DNA of 63,116 nt, filler included, from Sphaeroforma arctica JP610 (taxonomy: Eukaryota), in the NCBI RefSeq assembly GCF_001186125.1. It is 6 parts of 3 records of this genome, joined end to end, with 100 filler letters (N's around TTAATTAATTAA, not from the genome) between each part and the next. Parts side by side here need not be neighbours in the genome. Positions count along the whole stretch, not along the records: positions 8,261 to 29,045 come from NW_014040538.1; 5 more parts are not named here. One strand, 5' to 3'. This document shows positions 11,381-23,230 of this stretch, in pieces (position 1 is the stretch's first letter; the number at the start of each line of letters is the position of its first letter). The position numbers and the translations under genes are program-made. The notes under the pieces were generated by a model. That model was not told where the DNA came from, ran no database searches, and was given only the letters and a program-made list of their open reading frames with translations.

Positions 11381-14300
11381 TTACAAGACGAGTGTACATT
11401 TAGCCATACTAACACATGTGTTTCCTCTGTTTGAGTTCAATAGTGGCCCAATGGTGTTCACTTGGCCTTTGTCGCCTGGGAATGCGACTGTGATTGGTTG
11501 TAAGGGATGGAATCCCTTTTTGTATATCTTATTTTTGAGAGATGGTACGCATACTTCGATGAACTTATGTACATGTTGTTCGATTTGTGGCCAATCATGT
11601 CCATCCGTCTGCAACATGTTTACCGTTTCCTCAGAAGTGTAATCTCCCAAGTTTTGCTACTGCTCGATAATGTTGACACGTGGCGCGTATTCTGTTGCCT
11701 GTGGCGCATCTTCAGATGGAACTGGATGTAATGCTGCAACATGTATGGCAGGTTGTTCCCGCGTTGAGTCAAAGTATGGAGATTTCATTCCTATCTTTGC
11801 TACCAATGCGACGACCCATGGGGTCTTGTCACATGCTTTTGTGCCTTCTTTGAGGAACGTTTTGTTCGTGTTTCCCACTAGCATCGGGTCTTCTTCTGGT
11901 ACAGATGCGAGTTTTGGAAACCAAGTTGCATAGAGGTAGTAGGGTACACATATCGTGATACTTGTTGCCTCTTCAATGACTTTGTCAACGACGTCAGGTA
12001 TGAGTTTCCATGGTGGGTTCGCCCATGCATTCACTTCCTGCTCCCACCTTTGTAGTAGCGCATTTTGTTCTTTGATGTAGTATTTATCTGTGTGTGCATT
12101 GTGAGCCGATGCGATCAGAACTACTGTGAATTCCCCAAACCGACGTTTAGTTTCTTGGTAGAATCTGGGGTGTAACATCCAGTCTATGGCTATTATGGTT
12201 ATGGGCATGTTAGTTTCCAAGGTTGTGTACTTTTGGCTGTTACGTGTTGTTTCCTTCGCTTCCTTTAATACCTTTTGGTTTTAGTGTTAGAAGTGTCTTC
12301 GTGTAGACGCGACAATATATCTACCATCTGGTTGCCCTTGCCTGGGATGTGTATGACGGAGAAGTGGTGGTGGAATGTTTTTGCTATCCATTTGGCTAGC
12401 ATTGGGTGTAACATCTGTTGACTGTTCATTGGCGTGAGTGCTTTATGATCTGTCCATAGTGTTATGTCCCATCCTTTAATGTATTCGGTTTAATGCTCCA
12501 GGCTATTTACCAGTGCTAGTAGCTCCTTGGTATTCGTGCCATAGCGTTGTTGTGCTGGATTCATGTCTTTCGAGAAGTAGAGAACATCCTCCTATGCCAT
12601 TGTCACTGGCATCGTTTATGATTTGAAACGGTACCCCATCAACAGGGTAGACTAGTGTCGCCTAATATGCGATGGATTCTTTGAGTTCTTCCCACTTCTT
12701 TTTGATAGTCCATGACACGAATATGTTCAGGTTCATTTTTTCTTTCAATAGGTTCCGGAATTGTTTTGTAGTGTCGGCAAAGTTGGGGACATGGTCGCCT
12801 ATATAGTTTGCTAGTCCCACCGCTGTGTGCAGATCTCTTTTTGATCCGGGTAGTGGCCAGTCTTTTTTTCAGGATCTTCTTTGAGTCCCTGTGTGGTTAC
12901 TTTCACATCTAGAATGTTGACCACCATGAACGCGAAGGCACACTTATTGTGATTGAGTCGGAACTTTGCTCCATTCAGTCGCTTGATTACTTCACGAACT
13001 GTCTTGTGGTGTTCTTCTATAAGAATCGCAATGAATATGTCATCTACATACAGCTGCACACCTTTGATGTCTATGAGCAGGTTTGCTATGACTGTCTGGA
13101 ACTGTGCTGTGAGTGAGTGTAGCCCAAACGGCGCTGACTTGAATGAGTACTCCGCTCCTCTCCACAAGAATGTGAAGTGTTGGCTTGCTTAGTCTACTAT
13201 GAAGTGGTGAAACCCTCCTATGAGATCTAACTTTGAAAATAATTGCGCTTCTTAAAGGTGGTGTAGTACTTCCTTTATTTTAGGTGACACAAACTTATCT
13301 TGTTCGTATTGGTATTTGATCTCGCGTAAGTCTAGACATGTTCTTACTTTCTTGAGAAGACCTGGATGGTCATGTTCACCTGATGATAACAACGGTAGAT
13401 TTACTGTTGTTGGAGTAGTTTGTATGTAGATGTGCCCATCTGTAAGCCACTTCCATAGAGCCTGGTAGGTTGCAATGTATGTCAGGAGGTATGTTCGCAT
13501 TGGTATCTAAAAGGTCTGTAAGTGACTCTCTGTAATATTCTTGTTCATGCTCCGGGTCTTCTTCATGTGGCGTGAGGAGTGATTCCCTTTTTTGCATCTG
13601 TTGGTATAAGTGGATTGATTAATCCTGCTATGTTTATACCTATGTATGATAGAAAGTCCATACCAAGAAGAATTGGTGTCTTCTTGTCTGGTAGATCCAA
13701 CACTTCAAAGCACTGAGAGATTTTCCTACCTCCATAATTAATGTCACAAACTTGAGTTGACCCTGTGCGTTGTATTTTTGCATCTGTTTCTGCTAATTAT
13801 ATATAGACCGGTTGCGCTCTGATGGAGAGATGTAGTTCTGATACTACACTCTTGTCCATGCATGAGCGTCGTACGCCCGAGTCTACTAGTGCGTTGTATG
13901 TATTGCCATTAATTTGTATGTCAATGTGTAAACGTTGGTCTCGTGGGACGGGAAGTAAGGATAAAGGTTAGTAATCTATATCATTTCCATTTATTAACAA
14001 CGTTTCTTCATCTGTATATACATTGAGCCTGTCAACCAGGTCAATCATGTTTCCTTCCGCCCACCAGTTGTTTCAGTGCTCATCACCTGCTGTGATGTCT
14101 TCTACCTTGCCGGAGGTAATGTACAGTCTTGCTATTTGCACGTCCCTTTTGACCTGTTCCTCAGCCTGCTTGGCCTGATTCGAAGCCTTCATGGGACATT
14201 TACTTAATCGGTGTGGGGCTGGCATCACTTTACAATAAGGACATGCACGCTCCTCACGCGTCACTTTCTTCTTTTGGGCCTGTCCTATTGGCTTGGTTTG

Positions 14301-16380
14301 ATTGGGTGCACCGATGTCTGGTTTCTGCCGTTTGTTCGTAGTAATAATGCTACTCTGAGCCTGGCTGTGGTTGGTTGTCTGTGCATTGTGTCGCTTGCGC
14401 TGCTCTCTTAGCTGCTCTATTAGCAACCGACCGCCTTGCACCCTGGCTGTCGTTCTTATGTTTGCCTCAGTCATAGCGTGAAGCGCAGTGTGCTTCGTAT
14501 CCGATAAGTGACCCTCACTTCCATCAGGTTGTTATTCTACCCTGATGAGAGCATCCACTTGCGCGTGTTTTCCTTTGGACCTTGAGAATTTGCAAGTGTG
14601 TAGGTTCTCTGTCTGAGTTGCGGTAACGCTAGTCTAACATCTCCATTGCTTTATGCGCTCGTTCTGTGCGCACTTCAACGTTCGGTGTCTTATTCTGCAT
14701 GTCATTGAAAACTTTCTCTAACAGATAGTCTACTGGATGGTGTCTGAGTCTGTCAATAATGATTCAATTACACTGTTCAGGATCGTTGGAATGCTTGGTT
14801 GTCTGTGTTTCAGAGTCTCTTAGCGTATTGAGCACTGCCTTGGTCTTCTCTATTGCATCAGCGGAATCTAATAGATTTCTTACTAGTGCTGGGTACTGAC
14901 ATAGTGGCATCGAATTTATTAAGAATAAGTCTCTTACATTGTATAGTGAGTTCTATCATGTCTTCGCAATTTTCTATCTTGTAAAAACTATCTTTGGGTA
15001 GCTTCGAAAATTCCAAAGTCTTTAGTAGTTTTACGAGGGCTGGTTGATTTGTCTGGTCACCTAAGTATGAACGCATGAGCTCTAACTCACTAATGTATTG
15101 ACTTATTCGAATGAGTTCATCCTCCTCATCGCCACCAAACTCGTTGATAACTAAATCATATCGTCGTAGAGCTCCTCATCCACGAGTGGCATGCGTCGTT
15201 CTGGCTGTTGGACATGAATGCCTACTCTCAACTTGTGTAGAGTCGGTATAGACACCGATACTGTCTGTTCCAGTTTGGAAACAAATATACTCGCCAGGAC
15301 GTGGTTGTCTTGACAGATGTGTTTGTCTATTTCTAAACACATCGCTGAGGCTAGTATGGACCCCCCCCCCCAGGTGTAGGCTAGCTCGACCCACTACCTG
15401 GGCTTGGCCCCCTTACTGAGCTGACATTTGCGCCATCTGTGCCCACACCCTCTTCTTCACCACCATACACGCCTGTTCTGGTTGCCGTTGGCATCTTGAG
15501 ATCTCTGTGATGGGGTGTGGTTATTGCAAGTTATTAGTGAAGACTCTTGCTATCTTTTGTGCGAATGCGCGCTTCACCCCTCTTGTCTTTCGTAATAGTT
15601 TGTGTGAAATCAATAAAAGTTGAATATAACTCACTTACTTTTATTGTGGTCTCGCTTTGCTGTATTTCCGTGTGAAGTGTTTCCCGTTCTGTGTGGTACG
15701 GTAGCTTGTTGCGTTCCTTCCTGTAATTGGGAAGGTTTATTTTTATTTCGTCATATGAGGGATTACTTATGATTATTCCGTCAAATGAGAAATTATTTTC
15801 TCATGATACTTAATGAGATGTTCGGTCCTAGTGACGTCACTGGGAAAAGTTCGGTCCTGGTAACGTCATCTCTTGATGTTTGGTCCTGTATTGAACTGAG
15901 TCTAAGTGGAGGTCACCCCTTGATGTTCGGTCCTGTATCGAACTGTGGTTTGTACCTCACTTCTTGTATTCAATAACTTGTGCTGGTGTGTCAATTTGAT
16001 ACCTTGTGTTGATGTGTGAGTCGTTCGCCTGTTTGGGCTATCCCTTGTATAAACCTTGTTTAGACCTGTGGACTGTCCTTATGTTGTGTCGATATTCTTG
16101 TGTGATCTTCCCTCATATGGCTTTGTCGCAAGCCTGGCTCTGCGTGTCTTGTTTGTGCACGTGATGTTGCTTGAGTTTTCGATTCAATGTGTGAATGCTC
16201 GATCTAAACATTCTCGTCTGTGTAATAGTTTTATGGTCTTTACGCATGTGTAATAGCTCTGTGGTTCTTTAGTGATGTTCGCTTAGAATCTTTTTGCTCT
16301 ACTTTTCGTTTATTTGTTTGTCATGTCCCTGTCCATCTCTGTTGATGTCCTTTTATCACTTACCTGGGAAAATATAATAG
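11381..16380 (-). mobile_element. Degenerate Ty3/gypsy-type LTR retrotransposon, copy 1: gag-ZnF-PR-RT-RNaseH-Dam MTase-integrase (3'-truncated)
   Basis: Zn knuckle CPYC..H....C (14073..14474); protease ALVDSG (~13885) and ILLGMDFL; RT KVRTCLDLR, FSKLDL, APFGL, YVDDI; RNase H DASDNGIG, KELLAL, TDHKAL; MTase with NPPW; integrase zinc-finger remnant and HPLQPITVAFP..GPL. Many stops and frameshifts. Confidence 0.88.
11740..12200 (-). CDS. Dam-like DNA N6-adenine methyltransferase domain within the retroelement pol
   Basis: DWMLHP..F....RFG.FTVVLIAS..NA...Y......NAL...W....WANPPW.LI..VV.K.....ITICVP....ATWF; NPPW at 12008-12019. Confidence 0.85.
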
Positions 16381-17559
16381 TAATCCAATATCTACACGTA
16401 CCCTTCTGGATCATTGGTAATTACCGTAGCTGCTCGTTCGAGATTTGTCCTGCGATTTAATAGAAGAGTATGTGTAGAGATTGCGAACACACATAAGTTT
16501 TCACATGAACGTCTACAGTGGCATGCCACAGTAGTAGTGAACATCTATCCAATACATTAGAAAGCCCTAGCACGACCAATACGCGATCACGCACACAAAA
16601 GTGTTACATGAGATCGAAAGCAAATAATACGATCGCAGCTAAATAAGGCTACACAATTGATATTACAAGGCACAAATGAGCAGCTTTAAAAAGCAGTTAG
16701 ATCCAAGTGACAAGAGACAGCGTGTATATATACAAATACGAAGCAATGACACACCACTAGTATAGTATTCAGAGATACAGTACAGTATACAGAGTTCGAT
16801 ACAGTGGTTGGTACAAGACATGGCGTAGAAGAACAAACATTCGCAGGTGCAACATTCACATCAAATAAAAACAGTGGAAGTTCAGTACAGGACCAAATAT
16901 TACACAAGAGAAAGTATATATCTCAAATAGCCCACGTGTCAAAACAAGGCCTAATTCTCATATGAGAAAATCGGTACAACTGAAATCACATATGACAAAA
17001 AAACTATTGCCACGCGTGGTAAAACAAGTCACATATTAATATCGCACATGATAAAACAAGCAAAGCTGATTTCACATGTGAAGAAATATGCTCAACCAAC
17101 AAACAATAAAAGCAACTTCCCAATCACAGGGAGGAACGCAATAAGCTACCACACAACACAGGACGGTAAACATTTCACACAGAAGTGCAGCAAAGCGTGA
17201 TACCGACAAAAGTAAGTGAGATAAATTCAATTTATTATTATTTTAATTGTTATTAGCTAAGAAAGAGAGGGGTGGGGGGGTGGGTGAAGCGCTTTTTCGC
17301 AACGAATATATAACAAGTCTTTACTTATATTACTAATAATCTGGGATACATACACACCAACACAGACAACTTAAGATGCCAACAGCAACCAGAGCAGGGG
17401 CGTGTCTGGGTAGCTGAGATGGTTCCCATAGGCGGTGAACCTATTTCTTTTTTGCTAGGATTATAGAATTACTATTATTACGCCTCACCCCACTCTAGAG
17501 TGGGGTGAGTGTTCGTGGGATAGAGATATGCGACTGAATAACAGTGTAATATCATTCTT

Positions 17560-18040
17560 AATATATACTCTTTAGCTTATCGACCTACTTATGGTGTGGT
17601 GGCCTTTACTTTTATACTCACTTTGAAAGTCGACTCTGTCAGGGATGAGAGGTCACTAATGATTACCCCGTAGGGGGATCATATCATTTCAAGGCAATGA
17701 TAGTGATACCCAGGGGAGTGAATGATACTAACACTCAGTGAGATCCCTGCGGGATCTGACGGGATCCTTTATGTAGGTCAGTTTGTCTGGGGCGGAGCTC
17801 GTCTAAAAGGAAACGAAGTGGTAAATATGGCAGGCTTCAGCGGGTTAGAAACCAGCATTAAAACGTAAGAGCACATGCCAGCCTCAATATGAGACTTACT
17901 AGTCGAACAGATACGAAAAAAAGGTTCTAATGAACTGCTAATTTAAGTGGTTTAGTTAGCGATCAACGAATAAAAGTAACATTAGGGATAACAGGCTAGT
18001 CACGGCCAAGAGTCCACATCTACGCCGTGGTTCGGCACCT
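17560..18040 (+). rRNA. rnl: Mitochondrial LSU rRNA fragment (domain V, peptidyl-transferase region), NUMT pseudogene
   Basis: agtttgtctggggcgg (P-loop region) and atcaacgaataaaag..gggataacaggct..ccaagagtccacatc.acg..gtggttcggcacct, colinear with 23S positions ~2240-2500. The 5' boundary is approximate. Confidence 0.9.
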
Positions 18041-19300
18041 TACTATATCGGGGTTGACCGTCTATCGGACTGTACTCTCAGTGACAGTGACTCAGGTGCA
18101 ATAGTAAAACATAAAGCTAATTGCTTGGACATCCCCCTCGGAGGGGATTATTAGCAGGGTGTACATGTAAAAATAGCGGGTTCCTAATAGTAGTTGCACA
18201 GTTAACGTATATTATAAGCGCATTAACGTACTAACGTGTATACTCGTAATCTTGGAATACGTTTAACGAATTGGACATGAACACGAACTGAGAAATTCAA
18301 GATTCTGAACATGTAAAAGTACTCAGTAGAGTATGGGACTCTCCTGTGGACAATTAGGTGGCTTTCCAAATATAGATTGGGTTTTCCACTGAAATTAGAA
18401 TTGTACATAGTATAGGAACGACACCAATCTGATACCTGAAAATGACACTTTAGGAATCTCTAATTAATGGGAGTACCATGAGAGAGGGTCTCAGGCATGA
18501 AATGGTTGTTGGTACAAACCTATAATATTATTCAATAATGATCTCATAGCAAGATACTCCACTGAGAAAAGGACAGGATAAGAGTTGTTAGAATTTAGGA
18601 CAACTTGGTTTTGATTCCTCCTAGCCAGCCAACTAGATGTGCTCGTCTATGCCTTAAATGGAATGGGTAGCTAGGTACCAAGCGATGGGGTATAGGTGCA
18701 GATGTATACTGCACCAGCTTGGTGTTTTGGTTTGATTTTTTATTTTCTTAAGTTGGACTTAGAGAGGTACTTTATTTTAGTTTGATTGGGAGATTGTTTC
18801 GAGGCGTGAAATGTAAGCTATGCGTCCAATGAAATGATATCTAATCTTAGTAACTAAAGCATAAATAAATCTAGACCGAAGTAGTGAGTGATTAGAGCGG
18901 AGCTTATAAACAATAGTCTCAGTCTAAAATCCCCTATTCTTTTGCTCATTACCAAGGGCTGCTAAACTTATTTAACATTTAACATTTCAACGTACTATTA
19001 ACGTATTTTAACGTATTAACGTAAACATCTTGGTATCGTATAGTCTGTCTAGAGGAGACCGACTTTTACACAGGGTAATACAAAATAGATTAAATTGCTT
19101 CATAGAGGACATAAGAAAATTGGTCAGTAAGTAAAGTTGATGGTCAGGCAGGGCCGTCCTACACCTCCGGTACCCCTTCGGGGCAATGATTACCCGTAGG
19201 GGAATCATGGTGGAATGCAGGAGCCCTCCTACACCTCCGGTACCCCTTCGGGGCAATGATAGAGGTGATGCTATAGTCCCCAACCACCCTTCATACCACG
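18041..19300 (+). ncRNA. Probable group I intron (fragmentary) at LSU position ~2500
   Basis: rRNA stops after GGCACCU. The following gggttgacc can form P1 with a U-G pair; P-like aattgcttggac (~18120), Q-like attagcagg (~18150) and S-like gatgctatagtcc (~19267) are present. No clear R element found. Confidence 0.55.
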
Positions 19301-19394
19301 TAGACGTTGTAATACACGAACCCAATTATCTTTTATACCCTACTACACTCCGATAAGATGTTGTACTACTACACTTTACTGCTCTGAAAACTAT

Positions 19395-19682
19395 TGCCAC
19401 TAGACTTAGAGATAGACCAGACCATAGAACTGCTAGCTATGTGATGGAAAACGTTCATCCCTCTGAATTACTAGCTAATCTTAAGTTGAGCTATTCATCA
19501 AACTAATACCTTTTTTTATTTTGCAAAAAGACAGGCAAAGACTAGTGCCAGCAGCCGCGGTAATACTGGTTCCTCTAGTCTATCTCATGATTATTCGGTG
19601 TAGAGGGTGTGCGGGTGGGTTTTCACGTTTTAACTAAATGACCAGGGCTTAACCTTGGTGAAATGGTTAAAAAGGGTAAAAC
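19395..19682 (+). rRNA. rns: Mitochondrial SSU rRNA fragment, NUMT pseudogene
   Basis: Exact gtgccagcagccgcggtaatac (19545-19566), with colinear downstream helices (tgtagagggtg.gc.ggtgg; aaatgaccagggcttaaccttgg). Confidence 0.9.
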
Positions 19683-22449
19683 TATGGCGGTGAAGGGGGT
19701 GACGCAAACGCGAATGGCGCGAGCGACAGCCCAGCGGGAGGGTCAACCCCAGGTAGTAGCTCAAGTCTACCAACACCTAATGGGGTACCCACACAGGCGT
19801 CAGCAATGCGTTTTGAAATCGATAAGAGTATTTGTCAAGGCAATTACTTGTTGATCAGTAGGTTCGTATCCAAGCTGAAAACAGCAGCACCTGTAGCTTT
19901 TGCGAGTCTACACAAAATGAGAGTATGCATTCACGATCAGCGACCAAACGTCGCATGCTACTGGTAGACGCAGAACTCAGAAAGAGATATGACCAAACTT
20001 TCAACGTGTGTAGTGATGACAAGGAGGATGAAGTAATTTAATCAGTCAATACATCAGCAAGCTAGCAATCCTGCGTACACAATTAGGTGATAAAGTTAAA
20101 GAACCAGCACTATCCAAACTACTAAAGATCCCAGTTGGTTGTATTTGGTTAATAGAGGTAAATTTTTCCTGAGCATTGAATTTTTTTACGAGTCCAATTA
20201 GCTCATCACTGACCGAGTTTCCGGGGCTTTAGCCCCATCAAGGTTACAAACAAAATACCTGTTGCCCTCCCTGCATACTAATTTGTATGGTCCGCCATAT
20301 GGTGTAGTAATCTTATTCATTTCACCTTGATAACGGACCATGACAATGTCCCATTCCTGGAAGTGTAGTGACGAGTGATTCTCATTTTGTATCTGTAAAT
20401 ATAAGTGGATTGATTAATCCTGCTATGTATGTATATACCTGTGTATGGCAAAATGTTCATACCAAGAAGTATCGATGTCTTCTTGTCTGGGAGGTCCAAC
20501 ACTAAAAAACACTAGGATGTTTTCCTTCCTCCATAACGTTGTATCATAACGTTGTATTCTTGCATCTGTTTGAGCTAATTGTATATAACCCAGGTGCGCT
20601 CTGACCGAGCGATATAGTTCAGTTACCACACTCTTGTCCATACATGAGCGTTATGCACCCGAGTCTACTAGTTCATTGTATGTATCACCAGTAATGTGTA
20701 TGTGAATGTGTAAACGTTGGTTTCGTGCTGTGGGAAGTAAAGATGAAAGTTGGTAATGTATATCATTTACATTTATTAACAACGTCTCTTCAAATGTATA
20801 TACATTGAGCCTAACAGCCAGGTCGATCATGTTTGCTTCCGCCCACCAGTTGTTTCAGTGTTCCTCACCTTCTGTGATGTGTTCCACCTTGCCGGAGGTA
20901 TTAGACAATCTTGCTATATGCACAACGTGTTTGACACGTTCCTCGGCCTGCTTGGCCTGGCTCGATGGCTTCATGGGACATTGACTGAACCGATGCGGGG
21001 CTGGTATCACCTTACAATAAGGACATGCACGCTCCTCGCGCGCCCCTTTATTCTCTTGGGGTTGTCTTATTGGTTTGGTTTGCTTGGGTACACCGTTGTC
21101 CGGTTTGTGCCGTTTGGTCGTAATAGTTGTGCTACTCTGAGCCCGACTGTGGTTAGTTGTTTGCGGATGGTGTCGCTTCTGACGCTCTCTATCAACCGAT
21201 CTGCCTGCACTTTGACTGCTGCTCTTTTGGTTGCTTCAGTAAGAGGGTAGAGTACAGTGTGTTTCATATCCGATATGTGACCTTCACTTCCATCAGATTG
21301 CTTGTCTGCCCTAATGACAGCGTTCACTTTCTCTTGTTGTCCATAGTACGTGAGTGCTTGGCATCTTTGGACCTTGAGAATTTGCAAATGTATAGGCTCT
21401 TTGTCTGAGTTGCGGTAACGCTCCTCAAACACCTCCATTGTTCTATGAACTTGCTCTGTGCACACCTATACGTTCAGTGTCTTGTTCTGCATGTCATTGA
21501 GAAACTTCTTTAACAGATAGTTTACTGGATGGTGTCTGATTATGTAAATAAGGATTCTATTGAATTGTTTAGGATCCTTTGAGTGCTTGGTTATCTGTGT
21601 TTCAGAGTCTCGTGACTCATTGAGCACTGGATTGGTCTTCTCCGTTGCATCAGTGGAGTCTAGATGATATCTCACTAGTGCTTGGTACTGACATAGTGGC
21701 AAAGACTTGGCTAATGAGGTCTCTGCATTGTTTAGTGAAATCTACAATGTCTTCCACGATTTTCCATTTTGAAGTAACTATTACTAGGTAGCTTCGTAAT
21801 TTCTGAGGTCTTTAGTATTTTTTCAAGTGCAGGTTCCTTTATTCTATCGCCTAAGCATGAACGCATGAATTCTAACTCACTGATATACTGACTGATTTGA
21901 TTAAGTTTATCTTCTTCATCGTCACCACACTCATTGATAGCTAGATCGTATCACCTTCTGATCTCATTGTCGACAATTGACATGCGTCGTTCTGGCTGTT
22001 GATCGTGAATGCCCACTCTCATCTTGTGCAGAGTGGCTATGGACACCGGTGCAGTCTGTTCTAATTTGGATACAAATCTACCAACCAGGACATAGTTGCC
22101 TTGTAAGATGCTCATGTTTATTTCTAAACGCATTGCTGAAGCCAAAAATTCCTTCTTCACCACCATACGCGTCTGCTCTGGTTGCCGTTGGCATCTTGAA
22201 GGGTCTGTATTGGTGTGTGGAAATTGTAGGTTATTTGTAAGAATCATACTATTATTGTGGTCTCGTTTTGCTGCACTTCCGTGTGAAGTTTTTACCGTTC
22301 ATCTGTGATGCGGTAGCTTGTTGCGTTCCTTCCTGTAACTGGGTGGGGTTGGACGATGTTTGTTAGTCAAGCTTATTTCGTCACGTGTGGACTTTACTTG
22401 TGATTATTCCATCATATGAGAAATTTCTCTTTTGTGATCTCAAAGAATT

Positions 22450-22605
22450 GTTCGGTCCTCGTGACGTCACTGGGAAAGTTCGGTCCTGTCGACGTCATCG
22501 AGGACGTTCGGTCCTGTTGACGTCACCGAGGAAGTTCGGTCCTGTTGACATCACCGAGGAAGTTCGGTCCGGTTGACGTCACCACTGGATGTTCGGTCCA
22601 GTACC
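22450..22605. repeat. ~28-bp tandem array containing TGACGTCA-like motifs in the retroelement 5' region
   Basis: ttcggtcct-nn-tgacgtcac-ngaggaag repeated about five times; a shorter array is in copy 1 at 15820-15940. Confidence 0.9.
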
Positions 22606-22954
22606 GGACTTCTTGTTATGTTCACGTCACGTGTAATGAATGGTCCTGTACCGACTTCTTGCTACGGTGTTAATTCGTTTTCAGGTGTGGTCTTGTACCA
22701 AACTATGGTCGTGTATAAACTGGCCTCGGAATACCTTGCAACTACTTGCCTCTGTACTGTGGCTGTGTGCCTGCTGAATTATTACACACGTGTATATCGG
22801 CGTTTGTTGTGCTCAAAGTTCAGTTGAATTTCGGTGTCACTTGGCATGTGATATGCCTGTCTTGTGTGCCTTTATGTTCCTTGTTATTGTTGTAGATATC
22901 TCGCTGTGAATATCGTGTTTGACCTCTAATCGCAGTTAGATTGTATGTGATCCC

Positions 22955-23230
22955 TGTTTAGATTTCGTATTCGATGTTGATTCCTAGGAGTATCAAGTTC
23001 AGGACTGATTGTCCTGTTCTCGTTTGATAGTCCGTATTGTAAGTCCTGTTACTGTTGTATATAACTATTTCTGTTTTATTTTAAATCTAATTGTATCTAT
23101 ATTGTATGTGATCTTTGCTTGGATTTCACATCCGATGTTGATTCCTAGAACTATCGAGGTCAGGACTGATTGTCCTTTTCTCTTTTGAATAGTCTGGGTT
23201 GTAAGTCTTATTACTGTTGCCTCTGAATAT
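22955..23230. repeat. Imperfect ~100-bp direct duplication
   Basis: cgatgttgattcctag..tatc.ag.tcaggactgattgtcct..tctc.tttga occurs at ~22972 and ~23132. Confidence 0.8.

Larger units (their letters stand above)
17405..19682 (+). other. Nuclear mitochondrial insertion (NUMT), mosaic of rRNA and intron fragments
   Basis: Contains divergent bacterial-type LSU and SSU rRNA signatures; sits exactly between ggcgtg and tatgg(c/t)ggtgaag, which are contiguous in copy 1. Confidence 0.85.
16400..20130 (+). mobile_element. Retroelement copy 3 (5' region and gag start), split by a NUMT
   Basis: 17100-17404 and 19683-20130 align with the reverse complement of copies 1 and 2 (e.g. agatgccaacagcaaccagagcagg; cattcacgatcagcgacc..cgtcgcatg). 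Confidence 0.8.

Noticed and set aside
11381..16380. Classifying the MTase-bearing element as DIRS
   Set aside because: An aspartic protease, an integrase N-terminus and a GPY/F module are present, and no tyrosine recombinase is seen.
17405..19682. Functional rRNA operon or bacterial contamination
   Set aside because: Fragmentary, out of order, highly divergent, and embedded precisely within a nuclear retroelement.
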